Source: Candidatus Babeliales bacterium
GTDB lineage: Bacteria; Babelota; Babeliae; Babelales; Vermiphilaceae
Reading direction: 5' to 3'
Length of the DNA: 64,000 nt
Assembly (NCBI GenBank): GCA_963743635.1
Contig: CAVUQO010000002.1
Span: 96,001 to 160,000, forward strand
Position 1 is the first letter of the stretch, and each line of letters begins with the position of its first letter. The translations under genes and the position numbers were made by a program. Under the pieces are notes generated by a model. That model was not told the DNA's origin. It did no database searches and was given only the letters and a program-made list of their open reading frames with translations. Positions 40,501 through 49,614 of this stretch are shown piece by piece.

Positions 40501-41196
40501 TATGTCATTCTGGCTGCATCAATCATTATCGGTTTTGAATCGGTGAGGCTCCATAATGTGGTACAGATATTCCTCGGGGCATTACTTTTGAGTATTGGTT
40601 GGATTATTAAAGATCCAATGAGCGATTTTATCGCCTACTTTATTATTCTCGTGCAGCGGCCGTTAAAGGTGGGGGATTACGTCTGTATCGATCCAGAAGC
40701 GATTGGGGTGGTCCGCAAAATTACTGCGCGTTCCGTGGTAATCAGACGTAAAAATAGTACGACGGTAATTGTGCCGAACACGCGCATTATTAATCAGCCA
40801 GTCGTTAACTGGAACTATGTACGCAGCTTTATTGCGTTTGATGATATTCTGCTGACCGTATCGCATAAGGAAGATCCAGGCCGCGTTAAAGAATTATTGC
40901 ATAAAGTACTCGATGAAAGTCCATATGTACTGAAAAGTCCGAAACCAATGATTCGCTTTGAAGCATTTAGCGATTTTGGATTCACGTTTTTAGTGCGTGG
41001 CTTTTTAAGCTCCAATTACACTCTAGAGCAATTTGAAATTGCGAGTGACGTACGCATCGAAATTGTGCGTACCTTACGTGCCAATAAAATCGAACTTGCA
41101 GTACCAGTCCGTGTGGTCTACGAGCGAGATGGCTCGCGCATGAGCCCTAGTGGCCTTCCATTCATGGATGATATCACCCACATGCAAGAGAAATAA
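37582..41196 (+). CDS. Large mechanosensitive channel, MscS/MscK type
   Basis: Signal peptide, long coiled coil, multiple TM helices, RPLKVGD, VIVPN...VVNW MscS core. Confidence 0.88.
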   Translation: MKTLHNLLLSVLLLGSAATITASLPVLGTLEEAGKKLLPVELEKRKAEQLEGLRKEKQALEDGKKEFDEHTTGLLNELKTQVDQVKSILEKDPDNDFLVKTLSLLNTLQQIVRDLKEERDQLVSTIDQHIKILQDYLLDPQLENYQKKELKIGERPVYSFADLQMLYERTVKLKKRLDELNQKEKNINAQLENRKKSATAAIEEFKKKQEAYEKQKKNEQHIGDSLELSLQQRDELFKLERQVFEERTELDNRRQAIIEHQIEMIKSQIFIERAQLDVVKDVLRRVKPAIRVSESEITQAKDALSRRKQQLFKDKEPIRHELEEADARFKKLDQMLDELSKKNNIVIGPDVDDWSRLPRQTLSAFMAFIEVATLNAQKLLMQRSKALQETRLLLEDEKLRLDDIKVEIQETFFMLSSKKDLSEDEVKREIKKYDKPRADVEEYSSRYTELRSATEGQLEGQKRALDNIAKLKERLEQSRDTIFQGHADEYAQAVELLAKAEESVKQQVELLNKALSNYVDILSYLLSIGKHIEFITGELSSVVLWQRPEVAISWSDIQTISPDIQTFIAGLQNYLAGFDFGILLTQVGALFSTPFDMMIAILFLILFGLFLWLLRRYIPYIIARLKVSLLDAAGMSLFFGVIVEFVVQHLVSIVIWGLMFGLFQMYVMPDIYYYVLFYLLSIPYLLYLANRFIRLFVQFNKDMGYPFVAQDFQSRIELVLSTLLYSTITIFFFREAFILVSSGRSKLPIILLALNFIILQISLILILSKEQILSVIPDNRPFWQWVYAQVNKYYYLILSFVIAMIVMSNPYVGFGFLVRHILFRSIYTAFSLIVLYQIHLIIKRRISYIFFDAEQDVVRERFGQSKTWYGATVIALFLIFIFTGIVICARIWGWPETLASIKSWADVQEILKTEIMFRDTTAPISVSSLIQILLFFVGGSLVSFALNRLVLAKIFNVLLVDAGVQNAVASIMRYVILAASIIIGFESVRLHNVVQIFLGALLLSIGWIIKDPMSDFIAYFIILVQRPLKVGDYVCIDPEAIGVVRKITARSVVIRRKNSTTVIVPNTRIINQPVVNWNYVRSFIAFDDILLTVSHKEDPGRVKELLHKVLDESPYVLKSPKPMIRFEAFSDFGFTFLVRGFLSSNYTLEQFEIASDVRIEIVRTLRANKIELAVPVRVVYERDGSRMSPSGLPFMDDITHMQEK

Positions 41197-41227
41197 GTAC
41201 ACTGATTTTGGAGATCCCTAAAGAATT

Positions 41228-41260
41228 AAATAAGCGGCTTGTTGAGAGCCGCTTATTTTG
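41228..41260. terminator. Bidirectional terminator
   Basis: aaataagcggctt...agccgcttatttt. Confidence 0.8.
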
Positions 41261-41261
41261 T

Positions 41262-41489
41262 TTATGACTTTTGGTTGAACAAAGCCTTAATTTTTTTAGG
41301 GCCATCGAGCTTATAAAAGCCATACACAATCAGGCCGATAGCAATCGCATATACCGCAAGATTAATGATGCTATTCAAGCCTTCTAAAAATACGAAACCT
41401 GCTTTATAGGCAAGCAATAGTAAGCCAGCGAGCATGAGTAAAATGCCTTTGTGCGTTTCAGTTAGTTGGTCGTAGTATTCGGTAAACAT
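41262..41489 (-). CDS. Small two-TM membrane protein
   Basis: Two hydrophobic helices; AAGGAAG RBS. Confidence 0.7.
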   Translation of the reverse strand: MFTEYYDQLTETHKGILLMLAGLLLLAYKAGFVFLEGLNSIINLAVYAIAIGLIVYGFYKLDGPKKIKALFNQKS

Positions 41490-41595
41490 AGAAACTTCCT
41501 TCTTTTATACGTTTTTAATGTGACAGGTTATATGTAGCATATTTTAAAGCGATGATGGAAGAGTTCGGACTTTTTTGCGTGCAATGGGAACGGGG

Positions 41596-42141
41596 TTATG
41601 ACAAAAACCCGCTTATAGCCCACGGATTACTGAACTCAAGATGATAGTCGAACATAGGCTGCTGATCTACCAGAAATTGCACGTGTGAAATCGTAATATC
41701 GTTTTCTCGGATTGTTTTGAGTAGTCCCTCAATGCGAAGCCATTTGGCATATATGGGTCCATCTTGGGGTAAAAAATTACGATCAAATGAGAGATAGGCG
41801 AGCGTTTTTGGTGGTGAGAGTAAAACCGATTGCAATCTCACGGGTGCAGTGATGAGCCCTTCATCTTCAAGCAGACTGAGCCATGCTTTGCATACTGCTT
41901 CTATGTTTTTATCTTGATCTTGGCTCCAGAGCAATTGTGTGGTTTCCTTGCCCCATTGATCATGTTTCCAAAAAAAGAGCGTTACCTTTTTTTTGCTTGT
42001 GATGGGAGTGGCGTGTTGTTGTTCAGCAGTCTTGCTATATGAAGGTAGCTTGAAAATGATCCAGTTATTGAGCAAAGCGCAGAGTAAAATACCCAGTATG
42101 AAGGTAATGCCTGAAATGAGTGCATAGGTTTTATTCATCAT
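41596..42141 (-). CDS. GerMN-like domain membrane-anchored protein
   Basis: N-terminal TM; VTLFFW, AYLSFDRNF, TI.EN..I..VQFLVD; coupled at ATGA to the amidase stop. Confidence 0.65.
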   Translation of the reverse strand: MMNKTYALISGITFILGILLCALLNNWIIFKLPSYSKTAEQQHATPITSKKKVTLFFWKHDQWGKETTQLLWSQDQDKNIEAVCKAWLSLLEDEGLITAPVRLQSVLLSPPKTLAYLSFDRNFLPQDGPIYAKWLRIEGLLKTIRENDITISHVQFLVDQQPMFDYHLEFSNPWAISGFLS

Positions 42142-42920
42142 GAGAAATGCTGCTCGATAAGAGGAGTGATACTTGCAATAATTGGATCCACAAATTGCCG
42201 CCAACTATCTTTTTGTTTGAGGCCGATATCAAAGGCGATTGCCGGCTTTTTGATGCCAATGAGTGGTGCAAAGGGAAGTGTGTATAATCCGTGAAATATG
42301 AACAATGATTCGTATTGTGATTTGCGCAACACCTGTTCCATCATTTTGCCCCATAAGCTCGTTGTTTTCATACTTAAAAGATGGGCTTTATCATACGGAT
42401 GCAATGCATACGGAGATAGTTGTCCAAGAAAAAGATCATTATGAGAATAATAATAAAGGTAGAGCTGCGATTTTGGCTTTGATTCAGGATAGCAATGAAT
42501 GCTGATATATAAATCGACGTCGAGCCTGTTTGCGAAATTTGCATTTTGGAGCGGTTGGCGTGTTTCACCAGGAAAGCGGGTTAATACGACGCGCACGTTT
42601 GGAAAGCGCTGCGTAATCACTTTTTGCAGCTCTTCTACGCATTGCAGCGTGATACCTCGTTCAAAACTATCCTCAATAATGCGCCCTGGATGCTGCGCGT
42701 CGCCAGCGGGATCAAGCATGAGCGTGAAGGTTGGTTGGAAGGCGAGCATAACAGAGCTGTATATACATAATATGGCAATACTGATTAAACGGAGGACATT
42801 CTTATATAAAAATAAAGAAAGCTTTATTCCCCGTTCGCCCTGAGTGTTTCGATCCGTAAGGGTCGAAATGTATCGAATGGGTTCGGGGATAGATAAATTG
42901 TGGATGATTAAATCATTCAT
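42138..42920 (-). CDS. Amidase_3-like (N-acetylmuramoyl-L-alanine amidase fold) protein with degenerate active site; start uncertain
   Basis: LMLDPAGD, E, VVLTR, ANFAN..DVDLYISIH, PAIAFDIG. Confidence 0.75.
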   Translation of the reverse strand: MNDLIIHNLSIPEPIRYISTLTDRNTQGERGIKLSLFLYKNVLRLISIAILCIYSSVMLAFQPTFTLMLDPAGDAQHPGRIIEDSFERGITLQCVEELQKVITQRFPNVRVVLTRFPGETRQPLQNANFANRLDVDLYISIHCYPESKPKSQLYLYYYSHNDLFLGQLSPYALHPYDKAHLLSMKTTSLWGKMMEQVLRKSQYESLFIFHGLYTLPFAPLIGIKKPAIAFDIGLKQKDSWRQFVDPIIASITPLIEQHFS

Positions 42921-43025
42921 TGTATATTCTATTTTTTGGTAATTAATATTTTTCCCTAACCCATTCGATACATTTTTCATTTCGCGCAAGCGCTAAAATG
43001 AAAAAAACTCAGGGCGAACGGGAAA
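42831..43025. repeat. Inverted doublet of REP-like elements with an AT-rich spacer
   Basis: ccgttcgccctgag...gtatcgaatgggtt and aacccattcgatac...ctcagggcgaacgg. Confidence 0.8.
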
Positions 43026-43098
43026 TGAAAAATCTCGATTATTATCATATAAAAATGTGCCTTGCTTAACAAATGTTGCTCTAGCAATAGAAAGAACT

Positions 43099-45285
43099 CT
43101 ATCGACATTCTAAATTGCTCGTCAAATATTCTTGTAGGAACGTGATTCTTTTTTTGTCGTTATTATTTTTGATGCCCATCGCAATAGCTTTAGTTTGCCC
43201 GATGAGAATACATAATTTCTTTGCGCGGGTTATTGCGGTATAAATCAAATTGCGTTGCAGGAGCGTAAAATGCTGCATAAAAATCGGAATGATAACTGCC
43301 TGATACTCAGAGCCCTGGCTTTTATGAATTGAAATTGCATAGGCAAGTACGAGCTCATCAAGTTCTGAAAATTCGTATTCCACGGTTTTCTCAGGATAGC
43401 GGACCAACAGCTTTTGATCTTCGGTATCTATCGTTTCAATCGAACCCATATCGCCATTAAACACATGTTTCTCGTAATTATTGCGAATATGCATCACTCG
43501 ATCGCCCACTTTGAACGTCGTAAATGCGGCGATAACCTGCTTTTGTTCAGATCCCGGATTTAAGATGTTTTGGAGCGTGTGATTGATGTTTTGTGTGCCG
43601 ACAATACCGCGGTTCATAGGAACCAATACAATCGCATCATCGGGATTAATGTGGTATTGTGCAAGGCCTTTGGTAAAAATATGTTCTAAGTGAGGAGTTA
43701 CATTTTCAGGATTGTCTTCTTTGATGAAAATGAAATCTCGTTTTGCATCAGGAAGGGTTGAAACGGGAAATTCACCATTATTAACCCGATGGGCATTCAC
43801 GATGATCATACTATCTTGTGCTTGGCGGAAAATATGCTTGAGGCCAACACAGGGAACTTTATTGCTGTGAATCAAATCATGTAAAAAATTGCCAGCGCCG
43901 ACCGCAGGAAGCTGATTAATATCACCAATGAAGATGACGTGCGCGTGAGATGGTAATGCTTTTAAAATCGAGTGGGCCAAAAAAATATCAAGCATGGAAG
44001 CTTCATCAACAATCAAGAAATCGAGCTTGAGCGCATTGTTTTCATTGTGCATAAATGAGCGAGATAAAAAATCAAATTCAAGAAGGCGATGGATGGTAGT
44101 GGCATGTTTTTTAGTGCCTTCCATAATGCGTTTTGCAGCGCGGCCAGTGGGTGCAGCAAGTTTGTAGTTAAGATTTGCATCATCCAAAATAGTCAGTAAT
44201 TTTTTGATGAGTGTTGTTTTACCGGTACCCGGGCCACCCGTGATAACGGTTACTTTATCTTGAATACATCCCATAACACTGCGTTGCTGTTCTTCATTGA
44301 GCTGAATATCAAACTGGTGTGTTGGCGCCTGAAGTGAGCGATAAATCGCATCAATATTAAATGAATGAGGAGATTTTTTGTTCGTCAGTTCGAGAATGCG
44401 TTGTGCAACGCCACGTTCGGCATAGTAATATTGCGAGAGCGTAATGTAATGTTTTTCATTATGCGTTATTACTTTAATTTTTTGTGCTTCATGCAGTTCA
44501 TGCAATGCAAGTTTGATGTTTTGATTGATCTCATCGGTTTGCTCAAGTTCAAGGAGAGTAAATACCGTTTCCTTTGCATTACCAAGTTCGATGTAAAGAT
44601 GACCTTGGGTGAGTGCTGAGGTGATAATAAACACGATACCCGCTTTAATGCGTTTGACTGAATTGTGCGCAAATCCAAGATTCTGCGCGATACTATCGGC
44701 AACTTTGAAACCGATTCCCCAGATGTCATCAGCAAGCCGGTAGGGGTTTTCTTGTACAACCGCGATCGATTCGTGTCCGTACGTTTTATATATTTTGGTA
44801 GCATAGGCTGGAGAAACGCCATGTTCTTGCAAGAAGATCATTACGTTGGAAATTTCTTTTTGGGTTTGCCATGCAGCGATGATCATCTCGAGACGCTTTG
44901 CGCCAATCCCCCCGACTTCTGCAAGCCGTTCAGGGTTATCGTTAATAATTTCGAGTACGTTTACACCAAATTTTTTCACTAACCGTTCGGCATATTTGGG
45001 ACCAATTCCCTTGATGAGGCCCGATCCGAGATATTTTTGTATACCATATGCGGAAGTCGGTAATGTAGTGGTGCATTTCTCAGCTTCAAATTGACGGCCA
45101 AATTTGGTATGGGTAACCCATGCTCCTTCAATATGCAGTTCTTCACCGGCATGAACGCCAGGCACATAACCCCGGACAGTAATGTCTTGGCCTTTTGATC
45201 TCAGCACGAAAACGGCAAAGCCATTATCGGAACTTTGAAACAAAAAACGTTCTAATACTCCAGAAAGTGACTGGCGTTCATCCAT
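43099..45285 (-). CDS. recD2: RecD2 SF1B DNA helicase
   Basis: IKGIGP, ENPYRLA..IWGIGF, TGGPGTGKT, APTGRAA, DEASM, SIHKSQGSE, YTAITRA. Confidence 0.95.
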   Translation of the reverse strand: MDERQSLSGVLERFLFQSSDNGFAVFVLRSKGQDITVRGYVPGVHAGEELHIEGAWVTHTKFGRQFEAEKCTTTLPTSAYGIQKYLGSGLIKGIGPKYAERLVKKFGVNVLEIINDNPERLAEVGGIGAKRLEMIIAAWQTQKEISNVMIFLQEHGVSPAYATKIYKTYGHESIAVVQENPYRLADDIWGIGFKVADSIAQNLGFAHNSVKRIKAGIVFIITSALTQGHLYIELGNAKETVFTLLELEQTDEINQNIKLALHELHEAQKIKVITHNEKHYITLSQYYYAERGVAQRILELTNKKSPHSFNIDAIYRSLQAPTHQFDIQLNEEQQRSVMGCIQDKVTVITGGPGTGKTTLIKKLLTILDDANLNYKLAAPTGRAAKRIMEGTKKHATTIHRLLEFDFLSRSFMHNENNALKLDFLIVDEASMLDIFLAHSILKALPSHAHVIFIGDINQLPAVGAGNFLHDLIHSNKVPCVGLKHIFRQAQDSMIIVNAHRVNNGEFPVSTLPDAKRDFIFIKEDNPENVTPHLEHIFTKGLAQYHINPDDAIVLVPMNRGIVGTQNINHTLQNILNPGSEQKQVIAAFTTFKVGDRVMHIRNNYEKHVFNGDMGSIETIDTEDQKLLVRYPEKTVEYEFSELDELVLAYAISIHKSQGSEYQAVIIPIFMQHFTLLQRNLIYTAITRAKKLCILIGQTKAIAMGIKNNNDKKRITFLQEYLTSNLECR

Positions 45286-45304
45286 AAAATCCTAGTGCGT
45301 CGTG

Positions 45305-45979
45305 CTATTTGCCCGATTGTGCTTGTTTATCTTTAAATTGCTTCATTGCTTTAGGACAACTCGTCATGAGATCGCCCAAATAATTCATGAGATCTTGGCA
45401 AAAGTCGTTGAGTGCTTTGAACGATTGTATATCGGTATGAAACACTAACATTTCATGCTCTTCAGGTGCAGTAGCCCAGGCTAAGAGTAAGCTGTTATGA
45501 CGATTATGGCATTTGCACGATTCTTCGATCAGCTTAACCAGTATCTCTTTAACGCCGCGTGCGCGACCCATAAATCTGGCTACACTTCCTTCAAATTCTG
45601 CTTTTGCTTGTATGAGTAGTTGATTGAGTTCTTGATCGCCGACGAAGTTTTTTTCTAATTCAGCAAGTTGTGCGACTGTGAAAGGTTGCCCTCTGAAAGA
45701 GTATCTTCCAATGCGATGATTTCTATTGAGCGGATCATGATCGCCATGCTGAACATTCTGAATGCCTTTTCCGGCTTCGATCATGACTTTGACGATTTCC
45801 GCGTTGATGATGTTGCCATCTAAGAGAGCGAGAAGATTTTTTACTTGTTCGTTATGTTCGCCAAGATTCTTATGTTTCTTGGTTTGCTCGGTATGCTCGC
45901 CCGCATTAACATTTGCACTATGTGCGGTTTGTATGAAAAAGGGAAGCGAAAGCAATAAGCTGAGTTTTAACTGTTTCAT
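45305..45979 (-). CDS. Secreted helical hypothetical protein
   Basis: Signal peptide; GAGGAG RBS. Confidence 0.7.
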   Translation of the reverse strand: MKQLKLSLLLSLPFFIQTAHSANVNAGEHTEQTKKHKNLGEHNEQVKNLLALLDGNIINAEIVKVMIEAGKGIQNVQHGDHDPLNRNHRIGRYSFRGQPFTVAQLAELEKNFVGDQELNQLLIQAKAEFEGSVARFMGRARGVKEILVKLIEESCKCHNRHNSLLLAWATAPEEHEMLVFHTDIQSFKALNDFCQDLMNYLGDLMTSCPKAMKQFKDKQAQSGK

Positions 45980-45995
45980 AAATACTCCTCAAGGG

Positions 45996-47678
45996 TTAAA
46001 AATGTGCTTCTATGCCTAATGATACGGTATAGTCAGCACCTATTCCTGATTTTAAATATGTTTCATCTACATTAAGCGATAATATCCAGTCGATATCATC
46101 CCGTAGAACTTTATATGAGACCGTGCCCCATATTTTACCTTGATATGCAAATGGTTTTTCTGCATTTCGTATATTAAATGCATCTTTATCTATAATACAG
46201 TTTTTGTTGGATCCATTGACTGGTTCTAGGCTCGTGAGACGTTCTTTGCTTTGCAGCCAGAAATCGTTACCTATTGCAAAAAGCCAACGCTCGCCATCAT
46301 GAAAAGCTTTGCTCGTTGAGCGGAATATAAATCCAGGATGCACCTGCGTTGAGAGTGCAGTCGGGAATAATATTTCTGTAATTTGTTGGTCGAAGAATGT
46401 CAGGAGTGATGTTGCGTAGGCACTATCGCTTCCGGCTTTATCGGCAATAACGGTTGAAGATGCGTCAAGACCGAAAGCGTTAAATTGCTCAATTCTATTA
46501 TTTTTCAGAAAGTAGCGTGTGTGTCTGCGTGGGATTAAATACTCAAGGGACCAACGACTACGGAAATCTATCGTGCGTGCCCACGACCTGCTGACGAAAT
46601 TTCTCAAATGAGAATCAGTCTGAAATGCAAAGCCAAGACCAACGTGCCCACCATTTCCTAATGGAGTTTCAAGAAGATTGCCCGTTAAAACATCCAGTGC
46701 CTTGTACCCAAAAGATTCTGCGTTCTTCAGGACAGCAGTTTTTTCTTCTGGAGTGCCTTCAATAAATGTACAGGCAATGTTTTGGATATCGATAGTTGGC
46801 GGACAGGTGATTTTCTTAAACTGCGAGCCTTGAATTCCTGTGGTGAAGGCAAAAGCGGTTGGGAGCGTGGTGAAGAATCCGAGATTAAAGCCCCACATGT
46901 CAGAGTCTTTTAATTGGAAATCAACGCTCAGTCGAGTATCTCCAAGGCCAAACTTATCACTAATGAGGTGATTTTTGGCAAACACATCTTGCGTCTCTTG
47001 ATCCAAACGTCCAAATACGCGGGTCAGGGCTTCTTGTTCGATTTCAGAAGCGAACATGTTTCGTTCAATATAATAGATAGGTACAAAGCAGTATAAGAAT
47101 AACTTTTTGAATCGTTTTTCCGCATGGAACATGGCACCAATACGGCGTTGTTCAACGGTGAAGTTTCTAAAGAGCGGTAATACGTCGGCAGGCTGGTAAG
47201 GGATGAATTCTTTGCCAAAACTAGCGGTAACTTCCTCAGTTAACGTAGTAATCGCATCAAGCAGGCTCGATGGCCCTATATTAAGATAGGAGCATATATT
47301 TGAGCTGTTAGTATTGAAATACATGCGATCTGTTTTATTCCAGAAGATATCAAATCCATAGGTGGCGGTGTAACCGCGGTATCGACGCGGAAGGAATATT
47401 GGATAATCGAGTAGACTGCGATTATTGAGTTCGTTGGTCCGAAGGTATAGGTTCTCTTCGAGGACCGGTATGATACCTAAATTAACGATGAGCGGGGCGA
47501 GTGTGGTTGAATCGCATGGATCGACCTGAACTGGAGGGTTATTCCGAATAAAGTCTTCCGTAGCTTCGCTCTCAAAAAGATCGTCTATGTCGTCAGCTTG
47601 GGATGGGCGGGCTATGAGAAGAGCGCAGAGTAAAAGGGTTGAAACTATGAAATTATGGTGGTTTTTATCAAATAACAT
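45996..47678 (-). CDS. Probable outer-membrane beta-barrel protein
   Basis: Signal peptide, amphipathic strands, C-terminal YTVSLGIEAHF ending in Phe. Confidence 0.6.
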   Translation of the reverse strand: MLFDKNHHNFIVSTLLLCALLIARPSQADDIDDLFESEATEDFIRNNPPVQVDPCDSTTLAPLIVNLGIIPVLEENLYLRTNELNNRSLLDYPIFLPRRYRGYTATYGFDIFWNKTDRMYFNTNSSNICSYLNIGPSSLLDAITTLTEEVTASFGKEFIPYQPADVLPLFRNFTVEQRRIGAMFHAEKRFKKLFLYCFVPIYYIERNMFASEIEQEALTRVFGRLDQETQDVFAKNHLISDKFGLGDTRLSVDFQLKDSDMWGFNLGFFTTLPTAFAFTTGIQGSQFKKITCPPTIDIQNIACTFIEGTPEEKTAVLKNAESFGYKALDVLTGNLLETPLGNGGHVGLGFAFQTDSHLRNFVSRSWARTIDFRSRWSLEYLIPRRHTRYFLKNNRIEQFNAFGLDASSTVIADKAGSDSAYATSLLTFFDQQITEILFPTALSTQVHPGFIFRSTSKAFHDGERWLFAIGNDFWLQSKERLTSLEPVNGSNKNCIIDKDAFNIRNAEKPFAYQGKIWGTVSYKVLRDDIDWILSLNVDETYLKSGIGADYTVSLGIEAHF

Positions 47679-47919
47679 TTTTTAAATTTCCTGCGTTATG
47701 ATATACAAGGAGAATCGTATTTCCACTTGGAATATAGTTATTTTACTACAATTTCTCGAATATTACAAAAAAGGTCTATTCATAGGGAAAATAGTAGGAT
47801 ACAATATATAACCTTGTGCAAGATACTATAACTGCGTTAGAATAGAAATAAACAGGCTAGGAATTGATATATCAAGAGTCCGTAAACACCTAGATATCTT
47901 TATATGAAAGAGGTGAACG

Positions 47920-48186
47920 ATGGAAAGCATGGAAGGCATTTACATAGTAAAAGCTGCTGCGGCAATGGGTGCTGCCCTGGTAATGGGTATTGGCGCAATC
48001 GGGCCAGCCTTGGGTCAAGGATTTATTGGTGGTAAGGCATGTGAGAATATTGGAAAATATCCTGAAAGTGCCAATAAAATACAAACAACTATGATGATTG
48101 CCATGGGCCTTGTTGAAACATCGGCAATTTTTGCGTTCCTTATAGCCATCATTCTTATTAAACGTATAGTTAATTACTCTGCTTGA
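47920..48186 (+). CDS. atpE: F0 ATP synthase subunit c
   Basis: GAIGPALGQG, KYPE loop, LVETSAIF. Confidence 0.92.
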   Translation: MESMEGIYIVKAAAAMGAALVMGIGAIGPALGQGFIGGKACENIGKYPESANKIQTTMMIAMGLVETSAIFAFLIAIILIKRIVNYSA

Positions 48187-48217
48187 TAGCACATAAAACT
48201 GCGGTGGTGGCCCAATT

Positions 48218-48586
48218 ATGGATATCAATTGCACGCTTTTCATTCAATGCCTCAATTTTGGTATTGCATACGTTGTACTGAGTCGTCTCATTTTTAAGCC
48301 AATACTCGAGTGTATTTTAGAGGAACGGGCAAAGCGAGATGCATTGCAGCAGGCGATCACTACCTATCAGGAGGAGATCCGAGAATTGGATGCTCTACGT
48401 ACTGCTTCTTGGCAACAAGCTCAATCTCATTTTGGATCCTATCTTAAAACAATACCCTATCAGCCGCGCACTATGCCATTTACGTATCAATACGAGTACG
48501 AATCGGCAACTGATGCTGAGGTTAATGCCCATGCGCACCGTGTGCATGATGCAATAATGAGAAAGGTCACTGATGATTTCAAGTGA
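48218..48586 (+). CDS. F0 ATP synthase subunit b'-like
   Basis: DINCTLFIQCLNF...IFKPI....EER. Confidence 0.75.
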   Translation: MDINCTLFIQCLNFGIAYVVLSRLIFKPILECILEERAKRDALQQAITTYQEEIRELDALRTASWQQAQSHFGSYLKTIPYQPRTMPFTYQYEYESATDAEVNAHAHRVHDAIMRKVTDDFK

Positions 48587-49058
48587 AGAAATAGTAACTA
48601 TTGCCTTTCGCATTCTTAATTTCGGGGTACTTCTTTTTGGATTGAAGTATGTCTATACCCACTATATCGCTCAAGCTGCGCAGGATGATATTGAGGCAGA
48701 TGAAAAAAAAGTTGCGGTTATGGCGCAACAAAAAGATGCCTTTTTTCACCAGGAACAATTTATTAAACAAGAAATTCAGGCTCAGCAAAAGTCTGGTTGC
48801 TCATTTGACGGGTAAATTAGAGCAATGGCGCGCCGCTGCTCAGAAAACACAAGAGGAGACCAGGCTGAACATAATAGCGCTGGAAGAAGCATTGTGCAAG
48901 AAAGCGGCAGAGCAATCTGAACATATTGCGCAATATATGTTCGAACGGCGTGCATTACCCCAAGCAGTGCAGACCTTGAGATCAGTTTAGAAAATCATTT
49001 TAAGGATGAAAAACGGCAGACTGCATATCTTGGCACTATCATAGATCTATATGGATAA
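48573..49058 (+). CDS. atpF: F0 ATP synthase subunit b, frameshifted
   Basis: AFRILNFGVL TM followed by a coiled coil across three frames. Confidence 0.65.
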
Positions 49059-49067
49059 GGATCGCTG

Positions 49068-49613
49068 ATGGAACATCAAATACGGCTTGCCAAAAAGTAT
49101 GCCGAAGCCGTGATAAATGTGTTTGGCGCATCAATGTCTCGTGACGATATAGCTCACATTCGTATCATTGTTACATTTCTAGAGGGGCATAAAAAAGCCC
49201 TGTTTTTTTTAAAACTCTCTCGGATTGATCGATATGTAAAGCTGCGAGCGCTTGATGCATTGTTTGTCGATATCTCTGATAAAAAACCATTTTTAGCTAT
49301 TATTCGTTTGTTGATTGATGATAATCGTGGCTATTTGGTCTATCAGGTGTTGCGAGAATTGGTGAGTTTATATGAATCACGCATAACATTATGTCTTGCA
49401 GGATTACCAGTTCTCATGAACTTTCGGCCGTGAGAACTTAATAAAGTTCAACAATTTCTTGCACGTCAGACCGGCAGCGATATTATATATACCTATAGTC
49501 AAGATACATCACTGATAGCTGGTCTTCGCGTACAAAGTAAGACCATTTTGTGGGAACACTCAATACGAAAACAGTTGCGAGAATTCGCGTTGCATATGGC
49601 GCCTAAAGGATGA
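49068..49613 (+). CDS. atpH: F1 delta subunit, frameshifted
   Basis: LAKKYAEA start; C-terminal QDTSLIAGLRV...EHSIRKQL lies beyond the frameshifts. Confidence 0.75.
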
Positions 49614-49614
49614 T

